A stretch of DNA of 41,656 bases from Basidiobolus meristosporus CBS 931.73 (taxonomy: Eukaryota > Fungi > Basidiobolomycota): assembly GCA_002104905.1 (NCBI GenBank), contig MCFE01000730.1, positions 1 to 41,656 on the forward strand, read 5' to 3'. A model generated the notes under the pieces. The model did no database searches. It was not told the origin of the DNA and saw only the letters and a program-made list of their open reading frames with translations. Below, piece after piece: positions 39,430 through 41,656 of this stretch; position 1 is the first letter of the stretch; each line of letters begins with the position of its first letter. The position numbers and the translations under genes are program-made.

Positions 39430-41208
39430 CTAGAACCTCTCTAATAAGTAATCTAATCTATACTTTGTTTCATCTCTAATGTTTGTTTCAATAAAGTAAA
39501 GCTCATCAGGGGTAAATATAAAATTCAAGGGTTTTGGGGGAAGTACAAATTGTAGATGTGTCTGATCAATATAATCCAAGACTGGAACCCAGCCTGGGAT
39601 TAGGTGTAGTAGGAAAGGTGTGTGGACTTGTAAGTAGCTCTGCCACATAGATCTTAGATGGTCCTGAGCCAGTAGTCTTGGTTTCTCCGCTTTTTGAAGT
39701 TTTGAAGCAAGCCCTGTTACTACAGCAGTGCCAACCAGGGTGTGCCAGCAAGAGGATTTCAGGGAGGAGTTAGATTTAAGCCATTGTTTGATGGAGGGGT
39801 TATGTGATTTCTGAAGTTTGACTAGGAAGGAAGCACAGAGATAGAGCATTTGGATTTGGTATGGGTAGAACCTAAAGGCTCCATTAGTTGCATGGATATA
39901 GGGAGATACTGGAAGATAAGGTACCAAGGATCTGATACACTGATAGAGAAATTTATCCAGGCAGTGAAGTTCTCTGGAGGTTAGGGGTAAAATGTGGAGA
40001 CCAAATTCAAGTACTGGCAGTACATACTGCTTCAGAAGTATAGGGATCTTTTGAATTGGAGTTTCTGGAGTGACTACTACCAGAAGCATTTTAAGAGCCT
40101 GTTGGGCAAGATGGATCCTATTATTCAGCTGGAGCTTTGAGTCAATCCCATGTTGACAAAATGGCAGACCCAGATATATTGCTGTTTGTTGTGGCAGAAT
40201 GCTAGTGTTCCATATAGTTGTAGTGCCCCCAATTGGGACTGTCTTGGAAATTGAGAGTGAGAGGTTGTTGGCAGCCAAGTACTTCTCAATGATGGCAGTG
40301 TCTGTTATGGGATTATGAGTAGCAATCTTGATATCATCTGCATAGAGAGTTAGTAGTGGATAGGGAGAGTCTGGTGAGGGGCCTTTTGGAAATAAAGGAA
40401 AGTCATGTAGGAATATCACAAATAGTAAGGGACCTAGTACAGATCCTTGGACTACTCCATTTGGAACCTCATAAGTCTCTGATGTGCAACTTGGATGCAA
40501 AATCTTGGCTGAGTTCTCACAAAATAGAGATTGTACAAGAAGGATCATTGGCAGTGTGGTAACTGCTAATAGCTTTCTCCAAAGCAGAGCTCTGTCCACA
40601 GAGTCAAAGGCTTTAGTAATGTCAAACAGAATAGTTGGAAATGAGAATTGAAGTGAATGATCATAGCTTAGCACTACAGCCATATCCAAGGAGAGTTTGG
40701 GCAAGAAGCCAAACTGAGAAGGATGGAATGGATATAGTTGAGATTGCAAGGATCTTGCTATTATAAATTCAAAGATTTTCCAGCAGGTTGGTAGGAGTGA
40801 AACTGGCCGGTAAGAACCTGGGAGTGAGTGTTTCCCCTTCCCTTTGTATAAGGGGATTACATTTGCCCGTGACCAGGCCTTTGGGGTAGTCAATTGTTGG
40901 GTACAGATAGAGTAGAATGGGAGAAGTAAGTGACTCATTTTGGAATAGCACACCCAGAGTAGGTCATAGGTAATCAAGTCATGTCCAGGTGCAGTATTTG
41001 CAGGAAGCGTCTTTAAAATTTTCTCCAGAAGCTTGGCTGAAATCAGAATTTGAGATGTTGGACTGCTGGATAGATTACCAGTATGGTAGAAGGGAGGAGT
41101 GGGATGCACAGATGGATCAAAGAATATAGGGGCCAGTTTGGCTGGTGATGGTATACTCCTTGCTTGGGGTCTTAGGGTTAGGGGTCTAAATTCTTTTATT
41201 GAATCTGA
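39430..41208 (-). CDS. Non-LTR (LINE-type) reverse transcriptase ORF with no recognisable endonuclease and no in-frame ATG before the RT domain
   Basis: Stop-free from 41208 to 39430. Motifs APGHDLIT, WSRANVIPLYKGKG, YRPVSLL, QFGF, FDITKAFDSVDR, GVVQGSVLGPLLF, YADDI, YLGLPF and the thumb segment YVLPVLEFG. Confidence 0.93.
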   Translation of the reverse strand, partial: SDSIKEFRPLTLRPQARSIPSPAKLAPIFFDPSVHPTPPFYHTGNLSSSPTSQILISAKLLEKILKTLPANTAPGHDLITYDLLWVCYSKMSHLLLPFYSICTQQLTTPKAWSRANVIPLYKGKGKHSLPGSYRPVSLLPTCWKIFEFIIARSLQSQLYPFHPSQFGFLPKLSLDMAVVLSYDHSLQFSFPTILFDITKAFDSVDRALLWRKLLAVTTLPMILLVQSLFCENSAKILHPSCTSETYEVPNGVVQGSVLGPLLFVIFLHDFPLFPKGPSPDSPYPLLTLYADDIKIATHNPITDTAIIEKYLAANNLSLSISKTVPIGGTTTIWNTSILPQQTAIYLGLPFCQHGIDSKLQLNNRIHLAQQALKMLLVVVTPETPIQKIPILLKQYVLPVLEFGLHILPLTSRELHCLDKFLYQCIRSLVPYLPVSPYIHATNGAFRFYPYQIQMLYLCASFLVKLQKSHNPSIKQWLKSNSSLKSSCWHTLVGTAVVTGLASKLQKAEKPRLLAQDHLRSMWQSYLQVHTPFLLHLIPGWVPVLDYIDQTHLQFVLPPKPLNFIFTPDELYFIETNIRDETKYRLDYLLERF

Positions 41209-41480
41209 TCAAGTATAGTATTACTATTTCAACTTGATTCAAGTTGAAAAGTGCATACTGTATAAAGAAGATATATCTATAGTAATGTGAAGGTAAAATA
41301 CTGCTCAAGTTGAGTTGAGTCCTGAAAAGAAATTTGCAACAAATCAGGCTATAAAATGAAGTAAAGCTGGGAGTTATTTGAAAGCAAAGCACTAAGGGAA
41401 AGTGTAAAGCTATACTACCACTTCCTGAAAGGCAGGGATCTCACAGGAAGGCAGAAGCTCAGGTCTAATTGCAGATATGA

Positions 41481-41656
41481 TAGGGTTAGGGTTAGGGTTA
41501 GGGTTAGGGTTAGGGTTAGGGTTAGGGTTAGGGTTAGGGTTAGGGTTAGGGTTAGGGTTAGGGTTAGGGTTAGGGTTAGGGTTAGGGTTAGGGTTAGGGT
41601 TAGGGTTAGGGTTAGGGTTAGGGTTAGGGTTAGGGTTAGGGTTAGGGTTAGGGTTA
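41481..41656 (+). repeat. Telomere, (TTAGGG)n
   Basis: 176 nt (~29 units) of perfect TTAGGG running to the window end, with the G-rich strand oriented 5'->3' outward. Confidence 0.99.

Larger units (their letters stand above)
38856..41480 (-). mobile_element. Telomere-adjacent non-LTR retroelement complex (RT-bearing element plus proximal repeated end modules)
   Basis: The RT ORF reads away from the telomere. The 5' side abuts (TTAGGG)n. The 3' side has three copies of an ~80-nt motif, the innermost ending in telomeric repeats. The whole block is almost CpG-free. Confidence 0.8.

Noticed and set aside
39430-41109. Assignment of the RT as TERT or a Penelope-like (Athena/Coprina) RT
   Set aside because: The APGxD, YRPxSL, QFGF and GVxQGSxLGP motifs are LINE-type. 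TERT T/CP motifs and the Penelope-type GxPMG are absent.

Overview
Terminal 41.7 kb of a chromosome arm from an intron-containing fungus, probably an early-diverging lineage (inference from gene style). The + strand ends in a perfect (TTAGGG)n telomere at 41481-41656. Positions 1-30.8 kb are gene-dense housekeeping DNA: a 5'-partial UNC80-like giant gene, PheRS alpha, an Srk1/Rck2-type kinase, GAPDH, a tail-anchored coiled-coil protein, two hypothetical genes, a TMEM70-like gene, RPL32, RPS16, molybdenum-cofactor sulfurase and a PIN-like/ECM3 transporter. Positions 30.8-38.8 kb are gene-poor subtelomere with one clear gene. The last 3 kb are the most interesting part: a nearly CpG-free, telomere-capped non-LTR retroelement whose RT ORF points away from the chromosome end and has no recognisable endonuclease. 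Proximal to it are three diverged copies of an ~80-nt stem-loop motif, the innermost ending in telomeric repeats, and a four-unit hairpin array whose variation preserves pairing on the element's sense strand. Together these suggest a telomere-primed retroelement with non-autonomous companions, but this is an inference from one locus. Gene models, alignments and counts were made by hand, with no database searches.
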